A DNA stretch of 64,000 nucleotides from Botryllus schlosseri (Eukaryota), in NCBI GenBank assembly GCA_051294905.1, contig CM119371.1, positions 14,200,001-14,264,000 on the forward strand. The letters run 5' to 3'. The position numbers were made by a program, and so were the translations under genes. Positions 1 to 13,600 of the stretch are shown piece by piece. The notes under the pieces are model-generated. The model saw only the letters and a program-made list of their open reading frames with translations, was not told the DNA's origin and made no database searches. Numbering within the stretch: position 1 is the first letter of the stretch; the number at the start of each line of letters is the position of its first letter.

Positions 1-1604
1 TCCAGGCATTTTCATATTCTTATACTAATGTGTCAGTCTGAAATATGGAAGTTGGTAGATCATCAAACTCATAATTTAGACGAACAGGAGGCTTACTTAG
101 GTTGTTACGAGGCACCCCATACAATAAACATATTACATTGCAGCTCATGCTATCGCTCGGCGGAGAAATCACGCAATCAGGGGAGATAAGTAGGCCTATA
201 ATGCATAAAGTTTGTGAAATAATAATCGAGCGGGAAATGACTAGGCTCTGGCAAGCGGTGGTGCATTTTTGTAAGTATCAAAGGGCTGTCGATACATTGT
301 GGAGGACCTGATACGGCATAATATCTATATACTGCGATCGTTTTTACCAGATTTAAAACACATTTGATTGACTTGAACACCAGATGATGTGAATGCCTGA
401 AAAGTTCTGGTTCGTGTGAACACAAACTTAAACTAATACATAGCTTTGCATATTAGCTGCCTACACGCACATAACTGCTACACTTCTATTGTTTTTATCC
501 ACATTTGAATTATACAGGATGTGATTATTTTAAATGATTCATACATATTGAAGTATTCGTGGCTTGTCTACGTTACGAAAACGTTATGTACGAAACAAGG
601 AAGGATCGGGCTCCGGAAGGATATTTCGAAATGAATACAGCCATGCTAATTGCACAGTGAGGATTTCGAGTAGCGATATAATAAAACAATTTACCCAGCC
701 ATCACGATTGATATGTGTTCCTACGATTCATGGTTACATGGAAACCATTTAACCCTTACTGTGGCCTATGATTTTCGAAGTCAATTTGTAGTACTGTTGG
801 AGTCGGTGGTAAAGTGTACCGACTCAGCAGCCGTGATCAAAACGGCTTAATCCAAAATCTGGATAATTTCCATTGAGCTTGCCAACGCTCCCTCACTACA
901 TTCATATCTGTTCGTTTGTGAACGTGAACCTCTAAGTTTCGGAGGCTCACGCACAGAACGCGAACGTGAACCCAGTGGTGTAGGAGTATATGGTGCCGCT
1001 CGTGGCTATCGTTGAAAATGCTGCCCAAATTTTTAAATAGTTTCAATCTTTTCAATTATATTTACTGGAAATATTGTTGTGCTCACTAAATAAGGTCATC
1101 ACCCCACATTTCGCTGCCCCGAGCAGCCTGCCGCCTTGGCGCAGAGCCATAAGTGCCAAGTGGTTGATACGCCACTGCGTGAATGATCACACAATCGCTA
1201 GTAAGTTCCTCGTTGTCGCTTTAAATAGGTAGGCTAGAGACACATCCTCATTCTATGCAAAGAATGCGGCACCGAAGAAACCGCAGAGCACTATCTGCTT
1301 TCTTTTCACGGCAATCGTGATAATAAGTTCTTACGATAGTGATATTAACTTTACATTCAAGGACTTATGGTCAATGATGACGAGATTACCGGAACTTCAT
1401 TTCAGTCTACTGAAAGCTTCAAATTATAAAACTCTACCAATTTTCGTTTGCGCATAGCGAACGCGAACCGAATGTTCGCACCATCCTTGGATATATGGAA
1501 CTCTATGGAACTCTATGGAACTCCTTACCAATGGCATATCACAACCAATGATTTATTTTACAGAGAATAGAATAACGCTACTATAGTATGTGTAGTTTTC
1601 AGCG

Positions 1605-4600
1605 ATGATTGCACTTCACGTTCTTGCAGCATTGGCATCTATGTTTGGTAGGTGAACTTGAAGATTTCATACTACCACAAAATAAAGTGTTATAACAGCG
1701 TTTGTATAGTTCTAGGTTTCTTAAACTCTTTTTACCGCGGACCACACATTTTAGGTCTGGTTTCCGTGAACCCTCCTATCTGTCACCTATTCCGAGAAAA
1801 TGTTTCTGATTGTGCATCACTAAGCGTTCGAGGTTCCAAGATGAGACTTCGTTCGCATTTTCAATAGGGCCTACCGACCAACTGCTGTTCATATGGTGCC
1901 CTTCTCCACTTCGACATTAAAAACCCTCATATGGATATTTGCTATTGCCATCGCCAACAAGGGCGACTCATCTGGCCCTTACGAGCGAGCTGGCGCACGC
2001 AAGTACCGCGTTGGTGACCTACGGTATAAAGTGATTTTGTCACGGATTGGCCGTGCATCAATGATTTATTTACTGTACAAAAATATTTTCATAGGCCTTT
2101 CATTGATCCCTTAAGACTGGTTCGCGAACCCCCAAAGGATTCACAGAATCCAGATTAAGATTCCTTGGTATAGTAGTTTGGAAAATAATTTAATTAGCTG
2201 CGTTCCGATACCCTTTAAAAGGCAGGGTGTGGAAATGCTTAGATTAATTACTCGTTTGTACTTGGCATGACAAAAATCGTCTTCTCAGTAGAAGCTTTCA
2301 AATAACTGTACAAGCCCAATTGCCGATTGACTATGTCCAATCAATGCACCTACTTCATATCTACAACGTAGGCTAACATAGTATCGTATTGTAGTTATGT
2401 AGCCATTGTGTGAGATTCGTGTGCGCCAAATAATTCAAAGATATAGGCAGCGATTGGAAAAACGAATGAACATCCAATTTGTGGCTATCAGATTGCAACT
2501 TGGTTTTCAGAAGATCAGTATATTCTCTTCCGCTCTAAATACATATTATTTTTTTCTGCACAGGAATTATCGGAATCGGATCGGATCAGGTTAGTCCCAT
2601 TTTGCGAGAACATCTTCTTGTTTATTGATTTCAGAAAGTTGAACTACTGCTAAGCGTGATCTGACGATATATGACGCATCAGAAAACACTCGCCACTTGC
2701 AATAAGTTGAAAATACTTCAGTTTGTAACATTGATGCACGTTTAACGTTACCTGCAGTTCCGTTAATTCGCATGGCCCGTAATTGCTGTAGTCATGTCGA
2801 ACCAGAATAAGATTCCTATGAGCCTCATGTATTTATACAGAATGGTGTTGATGGGTTACGCATAGGGTTGCATTTAAAACAAACGGTGTTTTGAAACACT
2901 TTGTTTAAAACAAACCTTGTCTAATTATGCCATAATTGTGTGAATACGTCTGAAAAACATGTAGTGTGAGGCTGCGGAGTCACTGGCGTAGCAGCATGTG
3001 CTGCCGCCACTTGCTCTCGCTTAAAATGCCGCCCCCCTAAGTAGGCCGCAGCAAATTTCGACATAGATTCATGTTCAAACAATCTTGTCAATAAAAATAA
3101 TTACATATAATATGCCGTGTCTCAGCCTCGCCGCCTCAACGTTAATAAGGCCAAAAATAATAAAGACAAGAAATAGCGAACGAATGTATTGTGAAAATAG
3201 AAAATCAATTGCCGCCTCAAAGCAAAATCAGCGATAATATCCTCAAATTCAAGTTTTTGAAAGTATAGTCTCTTTCTATATAGGCAGAATGCATAGAGCG
3301 GATAGCTGATCATCATTCCTGGTAGAACGTAAATAAGATTTAATCAGTTTAAGCTTTGAAAAGCTCCTCACACAGCTCGCAATTGAAACACCAATGGTCA
3401 GATAAAGTTTCAGACACGAGCATAAATATGGTGTCGAATCAAGTAGCTTTGCATTAACTAACCACTGTGTCGCGGGTGGCGAGATAGCGCAGTGGTATAA
3501 TCCGCGCGGCTGCAACACCAATGGGTGCGGGTTCGAGTCCGACCGAGGTCGACTTCCGAATTCCGATATCTAAGTGTTGGGAGGTTTACCTAGGCTCCTC
3601 CTCGCCACCTCATCCGAGTCAGCGGTGTCTTACAAAAGCCTAGAGGTGGGCCGTGCTATAAGTCGGCAGTTACGAAAAATAATGAGAATATCGGCCTGGT
3701 GTAAATGACCATAGTAGTCGACAAACACCATGAATACCCCCCCCCCAAAAAAAAAACACTGTGTTCACTCTCGCCTAGACGCGCCAAGCGCGAAAAATTT
3801 CAAGAATTCATGATTGAATCGGTCAGTATCATCGGGGATTGCATATACATTGCTATCAATTTTTCCCCCTATCTGCTGACGTAATCAGATTTAACGGTAG
3901 AGCTGAGTGAGATGTATTTGAAAAGGTAGGACCCCTCAATAATAATTAAACATCTTCGGGCGCATACCCGTTGACAGGAACGAAACAGCACTTCGTCAGG
4001 TCCCCAAAAACTTGGGTCTTGGGCTCCCATAGGGTGATAGACCGACTCCCCCCATCGTATTGATCGCTTTTTCCACGAAATTAGCCGTGCTGTTTAGTGA
4101 GCCAGCGCTACGCGCAAAAATATTCCATAATTAATGATAAAATCGGTCAATCAGATCGGGAATCGCATATATATTGCTATCATTTTCTTGTCCTCTCTAT
4201 GCTCACTTTATCAGATTTACTGGTAGAGCTGAGTGAGGTGTTGTAGTTGACTCTGTCAACGTGAATTGGACTTAGAGTATTATTAGAACTATCATGTGTG
4301 GCCAACATACATTGTATCGTATACTTCTTGTAACTAGTCAAAGCCAGAATCGTTTTTGTGTATTGCGCAAGTTTTAGAAAGATATATCTGCCCTTTTCGT
4401 ACCGCGACTATTTCGCGATCCGTATTCCTATTGGCTAAATTTCACAAACTGTGTTACGTAAAACTAAAGTTCTAGAAAGATATCTCTGCCTTTGTCGTAC
4501 CGCGACTTTTTCGTGATCCGTATTCCTATTGGCCAGGGGCGGGCAACATACGGCCCGCGGACTGTTTTACGTCTTACATGATAATGTGGCCCGCGGCCTC

Positions 4601-7600
4601 AGTCTGCCGATATTCCCCACAACTTGCTTACTAGGTCCAATTTCAGTGACTGTATGTTATTATATACGTGTATGCGCACTGCGCAGTGTGCGAGAGTGGA
4701 GCTTACGAGTAAGTTCGTCGAAGCGAGAAGACTTGCATCATCGGCATTTACAATGTACTCAACCCTAATGTCGTTTGTGGTAATCATGGTGTTTGTCGAC
4801 TACACTGGTCATTAACACCAGGCTGATATTTCTTATTTTTGATTCCGTAACTGCCGACATGTACCACGGCACACTTCTAGGCTTTTGTAAGACACCGCTT
4901 ATGCCAGTGGTTGCCAACTCAAAACGGGTCGCGGGACACTATTCAAATTTCGTTGAGGACGCAGGCCACGTGAATTCAATATCGAGATTAATTAGGCCAT
5001 ACTGTTGAACAACGACGCTACCTCGTCACCTACTCAACCCTAGTGAATTGATATCTTTGTAAATTTGGGGTACTGGACTTATCGAACTCCTTAAAATCCT
5101 AATTAAGGTTTGCACCGTGTGTTGATTGATCAGAGAGAACCAGACATGGTGGCGCCTGTATGACAACGTGTTTCTCAAATCCACATTGTCTTCGTCATTA
5201 TCGGCGAGAAATGGCAGTGAAGTGACGTTGCTGTCGTTAAAATACATTCATCAAGTACGATTTATTCCTCGTATATGTGGATAAATGGGCGAATAAATCG
5301 ATTCAGCAATCCGACCCGCCAAGTACTATCCTATATCCGGCCCGCCAACTGGAGAAGTTGCCCGCCCCTGCTATTGGCTAAACTTCACCACCTCTGTTAC
5401 GTAAAACTAAAGTTTTACATAGATATCGCTGCCTTTTTCGTACCGCGACTATTTCGCGCTCCTTATTTTTATTGGCTAAATAGGCTACTACACAAATCCA
5501 TTTTTTCGTCCTGCGACTTTTCCGCAATTCGTTTCCCTCATTGGCTAAACTTTACAACCATTGTTTCGTACTGCTGTAGTATAAACTCGATCGTTTTCTC
5601 GAATAATGTGAGACTCATATAACCGCTACTAGGACGAACGTCTTTCCTTGTCGTTTCCACGCAAATACATTCGTGTCGAAGAACTCGCTGTGAATTGAAG
5701 AGCTTGCAACAGTATACAGGACAACCAAGACCTTCACTACTGCTGCAGTATCTTGGAAACTGTAGGGCCCGTAAATAATAATTAAACATCTTCGGCGGGC
5801 GGACCCGTTGGTACGACTTCATTACATGATGTTATTTCGTGACCTCCTGTCTGCTACATCAAAAAATATAGAATCGGGCAAGCGTACTTAACTAAAAGAC
5901 GCACACGATTTCAAATTGATTTTTCTTCACTGGCGTATAATTTTTCCCTACGGGATGGAATTCGTCTTCTGAGGTTCAGATTGCCAAGACAGGAACATTC
6001 GGCGCCAGTCATTTAGGCGCCTAGGCTGTGGGCAATTAAAGCTATATGTATTTGTATATATGATGAAGTTTTCGGTCAGCGTAAGGGCAGTCCTTTTCGG
6101 TCAAGGTTTTTACGCTATGCCGATCGTTCTGCAGAGGTGGTCAGTAACGAAGTACTTCTACTTTTTCGAAGTACTCAAGTAGTTTTCCTCTACTTCTGGT
6201 ACTTACTCAAGTATATCTGATTTTCGCTACTTGTACTTCTACTTCGTAATATTTTGCGATCTACTTACTTACTTTTCGCTATTTTCAGTTTGTCAAGTAG
6301 AAGTAGTTTAATCCACCAATCAGGAAGATAGCCGGAGGAATTTCGGGGCTGTTTTCACGGAATTTCAACATTTAATTTTCATATAAGTTGCGTAAAGCCC
6401 AGAATTTTCGTCGCGCTTCGCGCTCAGGGGATACGGAGTAACCGTTATGATTTCACGAAAGTGTAGGTGAGTATAATTTAGGGAGCGGCTTGACGTGGTC
6501 CAGTTCACATCCGATTGTTGCTCTTCGCCCATAGGAAATATTTCATCACAGTATATATGGCTCATCATAACGTTTGAAACCGATGTTTCGCAATCTAGCA
6601 TTTACTTATCATATCGTAATCTAGCAGTCCAGGGCGTGTCCTAATCTGGAAAAGTGGATCTGACTTTTTTTTAGTTTTAGAGCTGTTTCAGCATACCACT
6701 TTTGAAACTTTCTGGACTAAACACATGAAATACATTTCCGCTTTTACAAGTAGTATTTATATTTCACTCTCAATTCCCCGTATCATATGCTTTGAGTTCC
6801 AATTAATATCAGTTTTTTTGTCTGGATAACATGCATGTTTAAGTATGAAAGCAAGTGTAGTAATGCTTTTAATTTCCGGAAATAAAGTTACACAATATGG
6901 CCTTTTTACGATACACCGTATCCTATACAACTTCTCCGTATCGCTCTTCGGCTAGACTACCGGCCTTATATAATATGGGGGAGTTCGCCATACCATGATA
7001 TTTTCTAAAACATGCTGTTCGAATAAACAGAGGATTAGTATCGCATTTCCATATCAATACTATCATTTTCATCCCATGATGCGGACGAATGCTTATGCTG
7101 TCGAAAGTTGAATACCTCCTGGTATCCATCAATATGAATCAAGCTCGGTACCTCTCGCATAGCTCAATTTGCACCTTTTTACAATCCATGCGAACGAATT
7201 ACGATCGTTTTCACAACTACTTACTTACTTGAGTAGATTGAAAGTCCGTCAATTCTACTTCTACTTCAAGTAGTTTTAGACTGCTTATGGAAGAAGTACT
7301 TCTATTCGTACTTGAGTAGATTTTTCCGTCGCTACTTCTACTTCTACTTGAGTAGCTTTCTAGACTACTTTGACCACTTCTGTCGTTCTGGCACACTTCT
7401 TGGAGTCGCATGTAATATGTCCTAAATCGTTATTCGTTATATGTCTTGGTGCGTCGTGTTGCGGTATTGGCCAACGCCAATATGTCCATTTCTAAAAATC
7501 TTGCGTGCTCTTTTCTTGGGGGAAGAGTACCAAATAATCATGATATTTGACATATTGAAATCGCACGTAGCGCGAAAATTTTTTGAAAAGTTGCAAAAGT

Positions 7601-10600
7601 TTTCAAAAAAATACTCTATAATTTATGCTAATTCACTGAATAATTTTGGACCCTCTTCGAGCTCGCCCCCTCCAATAGGGGGGTTTGGGGTGCGGCAGTT
7701 ACAGTCCTGCGTATCGCATCTCCGCCGTCAAAGCATCTCGATGGTGCAGGCGAAAAAGAATACCATATCTCTCTCTCCCACTGTGCAGCCTCATTTGCCG
7801 CCCCCTTGGAGCCTGCCGCCCCTGGCGCAGAGCCAGAACCGCCAAGTGGCTGCTACGCCACTGTGCGGAGTACGGACGATTTGCACCCAAAATAGTCGAC
7901 GTATACGATGTGAGGTAGATGTAACCCTCGAAATTATCGTCGGTTCAACAGTTTTTGCGCGTAGATATAGATCATTGGTAGGGAATGGGTGTTCTGATGA
8001 TTGATGACCACCGGCCGTAAAAATGCTGCGTAACGACGTAGTCATGGTTTAAGATATTTTGGGTCTGTTTATGACAGTGATCGGAAGCCCTTTTCGTCGA
8101 AGGAGCCATATTTGCCCTATATTTTCAATTCTCGATGTCAATCCATTGTGACTTCACAATTAAATATTGGTGACGTCATGGCTGAAAAAATCAATTAAAA
8201 ACGTGTTTTAAACAAGGGCCTGGCTTAAACATTCTTGTTTTAAATTTATTTTTGTTTAAATACAACCCTAGGTATGCTGAAATGTGCTTGAAATCATTCA
8301 TACATCTGCATTATACGAGACGATAAACGCCATTTCACCCGCAAAAGTGATTTAATCCCGACGGAAGTGCCTTCTCTGTGAATATACGACTCGAGTCTAT
8401 TGACTCTCGATTTTCTTCCTAACTCAACCCAACCCAAGTCACGATTATATACCGCGACAAACAGAAAGTGCCGTTTGGAATCTTGGACTAATGTGTACTG
8501 TATATAATTTTAGACCCGATTAATAGCTTGATATTCCAACTTGTACTTGTTGTATAACACCGTCCACTTGCCCACGCGTGATACATTCTCAGCGAAATAA
8601 GTGTGTCTTCACACCCTAAAGGTGTGACCGTGTAGAGCCAACTGTACCTGTTTGATGCGAGTGTGATCAGACTAGTGGACGACGGTCGTATCGATCATTG
8701 CTATCTGATACCGAATAGTGTGCAGGCGCATTTTCTGTACCACCACTATTGCTGTCTGTTTGTTATGTATCGAGCAAGATAGTGTAATGATGACGCGTCC
8801 GGCTTCTTGATCGGTAGGTCGTGGGTTCGCTCCCCCGTCGAGTAGGACCAAAGACCCGAAAGCTGCTATCCCAAGCTATCCTGCTTGACACTCATCAATC
8901 AGCATCCAGCATGGCGGAGAAAAAAAACGGGGGTGCTTGCTAGATGACCTAACGGTCGCATCGCATCTCCATCGTCCAACGTGTCTCGATGGTGCAGGCG
9001 AAAACGAATACCTCTTCTCTCTCTCTCGCGGAAAGAACCGATGCAAAATTCAGAGACCCCGTTCTCGGGAATCAAATACTTATCTGGACGTATTAAAGAC
9101 TGGACAGTATTTCCTTATCAACGAGTGTCAAATTAAGAGCCAATTCGAGGGAATTATTATTATTATTCGGCGTTTTTCTTTCTTTGTAAATCGCTAGTTT
9201 AGTGCATTTGGGTATTTCCCGGAATCGACGGTTGTGATTTATTCATGGTTTAAAACAGTGGTCGGCAACCTTAACTTATACTGGGGTCGCCATAACTCAT
9301 CACTCGGGCGATTTGTTTTAGCTGATAAATGGAAGATTTTGACCTAAAAATCAAAATTTTGACACATTTTGACCTTAAAAAACCTAGTTTTGACCCAATT
9401 TTATCCTAACGTATGCAAATTAGGTGTTTTCCCGCATAATGTTGGAATTGTACAACTTATTTTCACTTCTGGTTGGAACTGTTTGTCCTTACGAAGTAGT
9501 TTGGCCTGAAAAACCTTTTTTGACTCAAAAACTGACAAATTTTTACATGAAAAACTTTATTTTAACGTAATGTGGCCCTATGAAGAATTCCAACATACAT
9601 CACGTATTATATGGTAGAAAAAATTAATATTTGTTGTAGTACAACGAAAGATACTTTCCTACATTATCGGGTAGAAAGTTTCTGTCCTTATTAAGTAGCT
9701 TGCCAAGAATGGAAAAAGAACATTCAATAGCAACAGTTGTTGGCTGGCAACACTGAAGTTGTGCGTACACTGCTGGAGGCACACCGTGTCGCTTCATTCT
9801 GACGACGGTGTTTACATCACAATGTTTCATCATGCGCTACTTGTTATAAGAACCATGCAATGCCCATGCACGCACCACGCAGTCATGCATCAGTTGGAAT
9901 ATTGCGGTACGTTGAGCATAACAACGTGACCACCTATTTGTTTCATTTGATTGTTTATGATTCACAATGAGCAGACAATGGGCCGTCTACAACGCTAGGC
10001 CTATTAAGTATGCTACAAGCTGTAAAAGGTCAAATGATAAGTTAACCGACAGTGCAAAATCTACGGTGCAAACGCAATGCAGGTTGTAAAAATATTTTGA
10101 CTTAGTAAACAATTTTGACATTTTTCGACCTAACGCTACGAATTTGACAAAATCTGACCGTTTTGACAAAAAAATCGCCCTACTCACCATATTCGATTCA
10201 TTACCATTCCAATTTAATACTGAAACTGGCTGATAATTTTTTGTGTTACTTCGCCACCTTTGAAGTACAGACCTTGTGTCCCAATTAATCATCGTGCTGC
10301 AATGGCGACTCGACAAGACCAATGATATAAATACAATGATTGGAAACTACCGTGAGCTCTGCATTTCAGCGTGTTCCTAGTCACGCTTCATCGCATACAC
10401 AGTTGTGCTGTAAACAAGCTTCCTCAGCAATACTTCTTTGACGAACTAGCAATGATATATGATTCATTGGGTATATTTATCAGTGGCAATTAGTGTTAGC
10501 GTGTTGAATAGTTTTCGAAGCGCATTTCTCTCTCGCGTCTGGGATTTTTTTTCAGATTATGCTAGCGGTCAAGTGCCATATCAACGCGGATTCACGTACA

Positions 10601-13600
10601 CCCAGTTCACAAGTTAAATTTCGCGCGTCATGCACGTATCGCAAATACAATTCACACATTGACGACTCGCGAATATACGCAATCCCCGTGCTGTAGCCTT
10701 GTGACGACCAACGAAGCTTATGTTCACACAGTCGCGGACGTTCAACCGCTGTTGCAAGTGACACAACCTTCATTCCAACTTGAGGTGCCGCTTTTCCATC
10801 ATTTTGATGCATCAATATCATCATCATTGGTTTATTAGCAATTTTTATCAGTTCCATACACCACAAAAATGCGATACAATGAAAGGACAAGAAGGTGTCG
10901 AAGCGACTTGGAGTAGTCTATGGAATCAGACATCCACCTTGAGACAGAGGAGGCATGCACACTGAATGAAATGTAAAGAAGATAGTATATAAGAAAGCGC
11001 TCGAAAATGGGGCGGCATGTCATGTAAAGCGGGATAGGTCAGTCGTGGTCCGGTAATCTTGAGGATGAACTGTATTTATAACATTATATATATTTAGATA
11101 AATATCAAGCAGAGGTTGTTTTAGAGACGTAATTCTAGTTATTTTGAGTACTCGAGAGTAGGTTTGTCTACTTCCTCGGGTGATTGTGTTTTCATACTAC
11201 TCACCAAACAAGAACATCACAACTTAGTTTTTGCCAGGGATATCTGTTTTTTAAAATAGCACTCACATATTCATAGGTCAATGGTCATTTTGTGGTAGTT
11301 ACTAAGCTTCACCCTGGAATTTCAAAAGTGACTATTTCCAACTGACTGCGAGCGAACAACCAAATCTACTTTTAGTACTTTACAGATTTATATTTTCGCT
11401 GCTTCTATTTGAACCTGGGAATATCATTGTAGCAATACTTCCACTGCTTCAGTAGCAACGCTGCATACATCAATCACCTTTGACAAAAAGTCACCTATCG
11501 ATGATCATTCCACAAAATCTCGATGGCTTACAAAACAGAATTGAATTTTCAGGATCCCATCATGTTATGTAAAGAAATGAGGAATGATGAAACAAGATAG
11601 ATACATTTCACAGATGCAACATTTACGAACACATCATTTAATCCTCAAATCCCTAATCCATGTGTATAGAAACGAAATAATGATGCATGCATTTGAAAAA
11701 AGTAACATTAATATGCAACTTTACAGAAATAGATTGATGCAAAAATAACTATGTGGAAAACAAAAACAGTTTATGCGTGATTTTTTATGCAATAACAGTG
11801 CTAGATAGCAATTTTTGTCATATTTAACTTGGGAAAAGTATTTGGATGATGTCCTTAAAAATGCAGCAGTACACTCGCATTCGTTGGCTCAAAAGTAGTT
11901 AGGAAAGGAAAGGACGTAGTTTATTTTTGTCCTTGATGTTTTTGCGGAATCTACACCGACTCATGATACACATACGACCCGAATGATGCCGTATCTACTC
12001 TTTATGAAATCTGCCTGGTTTAGATGTTTGTCCATCTTTGCTTGCTCTTGGTAGGATGGGGAACATCATTTTTCCGTAATTTCATATGATATCAAGGTGG
12101 AACCAAATTCATTAATATCTGTAGTGCAGAATAAGGATTTTGGCCGTTTGACCGTATCTGTCCAGGGGTTAATAAATGCATTAATGGTTATCGAGACTCA
12201 TGAATTTTTTGGTTTACTCAGTCATAAGAATCTTTCCATCTTCGCATTTGAGGCAAGAAATCTTTTTCCAGCCAGTCCAAGCCTGAATCGTCTGGACTGC
12301 AATATGGCTTCAAGTCGTCATTGTAGCTGAACTTGGTTGATGTATTCATAATGTCGAACCACTTGTTGAAAATACCAGCACACCATGCAGAAGCTCCATA
12401 TCCCATCGCTCGTATAATACGCGCAACACTATTAGACAGAAGCTGAGCAACCCGGATCTTTGCAAAGCTTTGCATACAAAAGTGTGCATGCGTCAATTTG
12501 CAGAATATCAATTCCGTCGTTTCGAACAGTTCGGGAACAGCCGGAAAATGCGGCCATCGAATAAATTTATCATCCTTGTTGGGAAGTTTCGTACCATCAG
12601 CGCGTCTGGCGTAGAGGTTGTTGTGTACGGTTTTTAACAAATGGGGAGGGTCGAAAACCAAAAATATTTCATGCCGGGGCTTGAATATATTTTTGCATTT
12701 GTAAGGATACTTTAAGTTCAAGTTGTCCAGCTCTTGGAACATCTTGCGATTTGCACTGAGTCCAATAGCAACAAACACAGCTACCCGAAATCCACAATCC
12801 TTCGAGATGTCGACACATTTCCATAATATACTCGAAAGTTGAAATGAAGCCACTGACTTTGTTGCGTAGTATGCCAAGGGTGTAGAAAATGACGTTACCA
12901 GGCCCCTGGCATAAATTTGGAGAGGTTGTGTAGCTGGTTCACCATCATCTAAAGGTCGCCTCGCCTCGCCAAGATCAACGAATCCTACGAGTCGGTCTTT
13001 CTTTGTACTGAATACAATATTCTCTTCCCATAATAATGCAAAAATCAGAAGTAGAAACATGAAACATCACATCGAACAGCATTGCTGAAATATTTGCAAT
13101 GAAGTTTTCGATACAGCTATAAAGTCATGAGAATAAAATAGCCAATTTACAGGCAAATATATGGTTTTAATTGCTCCAACTTTCAAATTGAACGATTTGT
13201 GTCCTGTCCGCAAAAGCAAATGCATTAGGCATTAAAACGAAACTCGTTTTTGTCAGTTTTACCAGTCAACTAACATTGGAATCAAAATATATAGTCAATG
13301 TAGCCCACCACTCTGTAGCGTTTATGCAATGATGAAGGGTTTGTTTGTTTTTGGGGTATTCATGGTGTTTTTCGACTACTATGGTCATTTACACAGGCCG
13401 ATATCATACTTATTTTTCCGTAACTGCCGACTTATAGCACGGCCCACCTCTAGGCTTTTGTAAGACACCGCTGTCGCGGATGAGGTGACGAGGAGGAGCC
13501 TAGGTAAACCTCCAGCACTTAGGTATCGGAATTCAGAAGTCCTCCTCGGTCGGACTCGAACCCGCACCCATTGGTGTTGCAGCCGCGCATTATACCACTG

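Larger units (their letters stand above)
2981..7863 (-). mobile_element. Defective hAT DNA transposon (4.9 kb including nested inserts) with transposase C-terminal relic at about 3276-3465
   Basis: TIRs CACTGGCGTAGCAGC / GCTGCTACGCCACTG; perfect 8-bp TSD TGCGGAGT (2973-2980, 7864-7871); minus-strand peptide CLKLYLTIGVSIASCVRSFSKLKLIKSYLRST...LSAL matches the hAT dimerisation-domain pattern. Confidence 0.8.
2863..8270. mobile_element. TAGGGTTG-ended MITE split by the 2981-7863 insertion
   Basis: Ends TAGGGTTGCATTTAAAAC / GTTTAAATACAACCCTA; the joined halves match copies at 15985-16601 and about 37022-37517. Confidence 0.65.

Noticed and set aside
3476..3550. tRNA-Cys-like gene (A/B boxes, CTGCAA loop)
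   Set aside because: No proper acceptor stem; it is the head of a multi-copy SINE with TSDs.
7217..7411. Recurring Ser/Arg-rich ORFs (also 21602, 30980, 51946)
   Set aside because: Chance frames in the AGTA MITE termini; not conserved in frame between copies.
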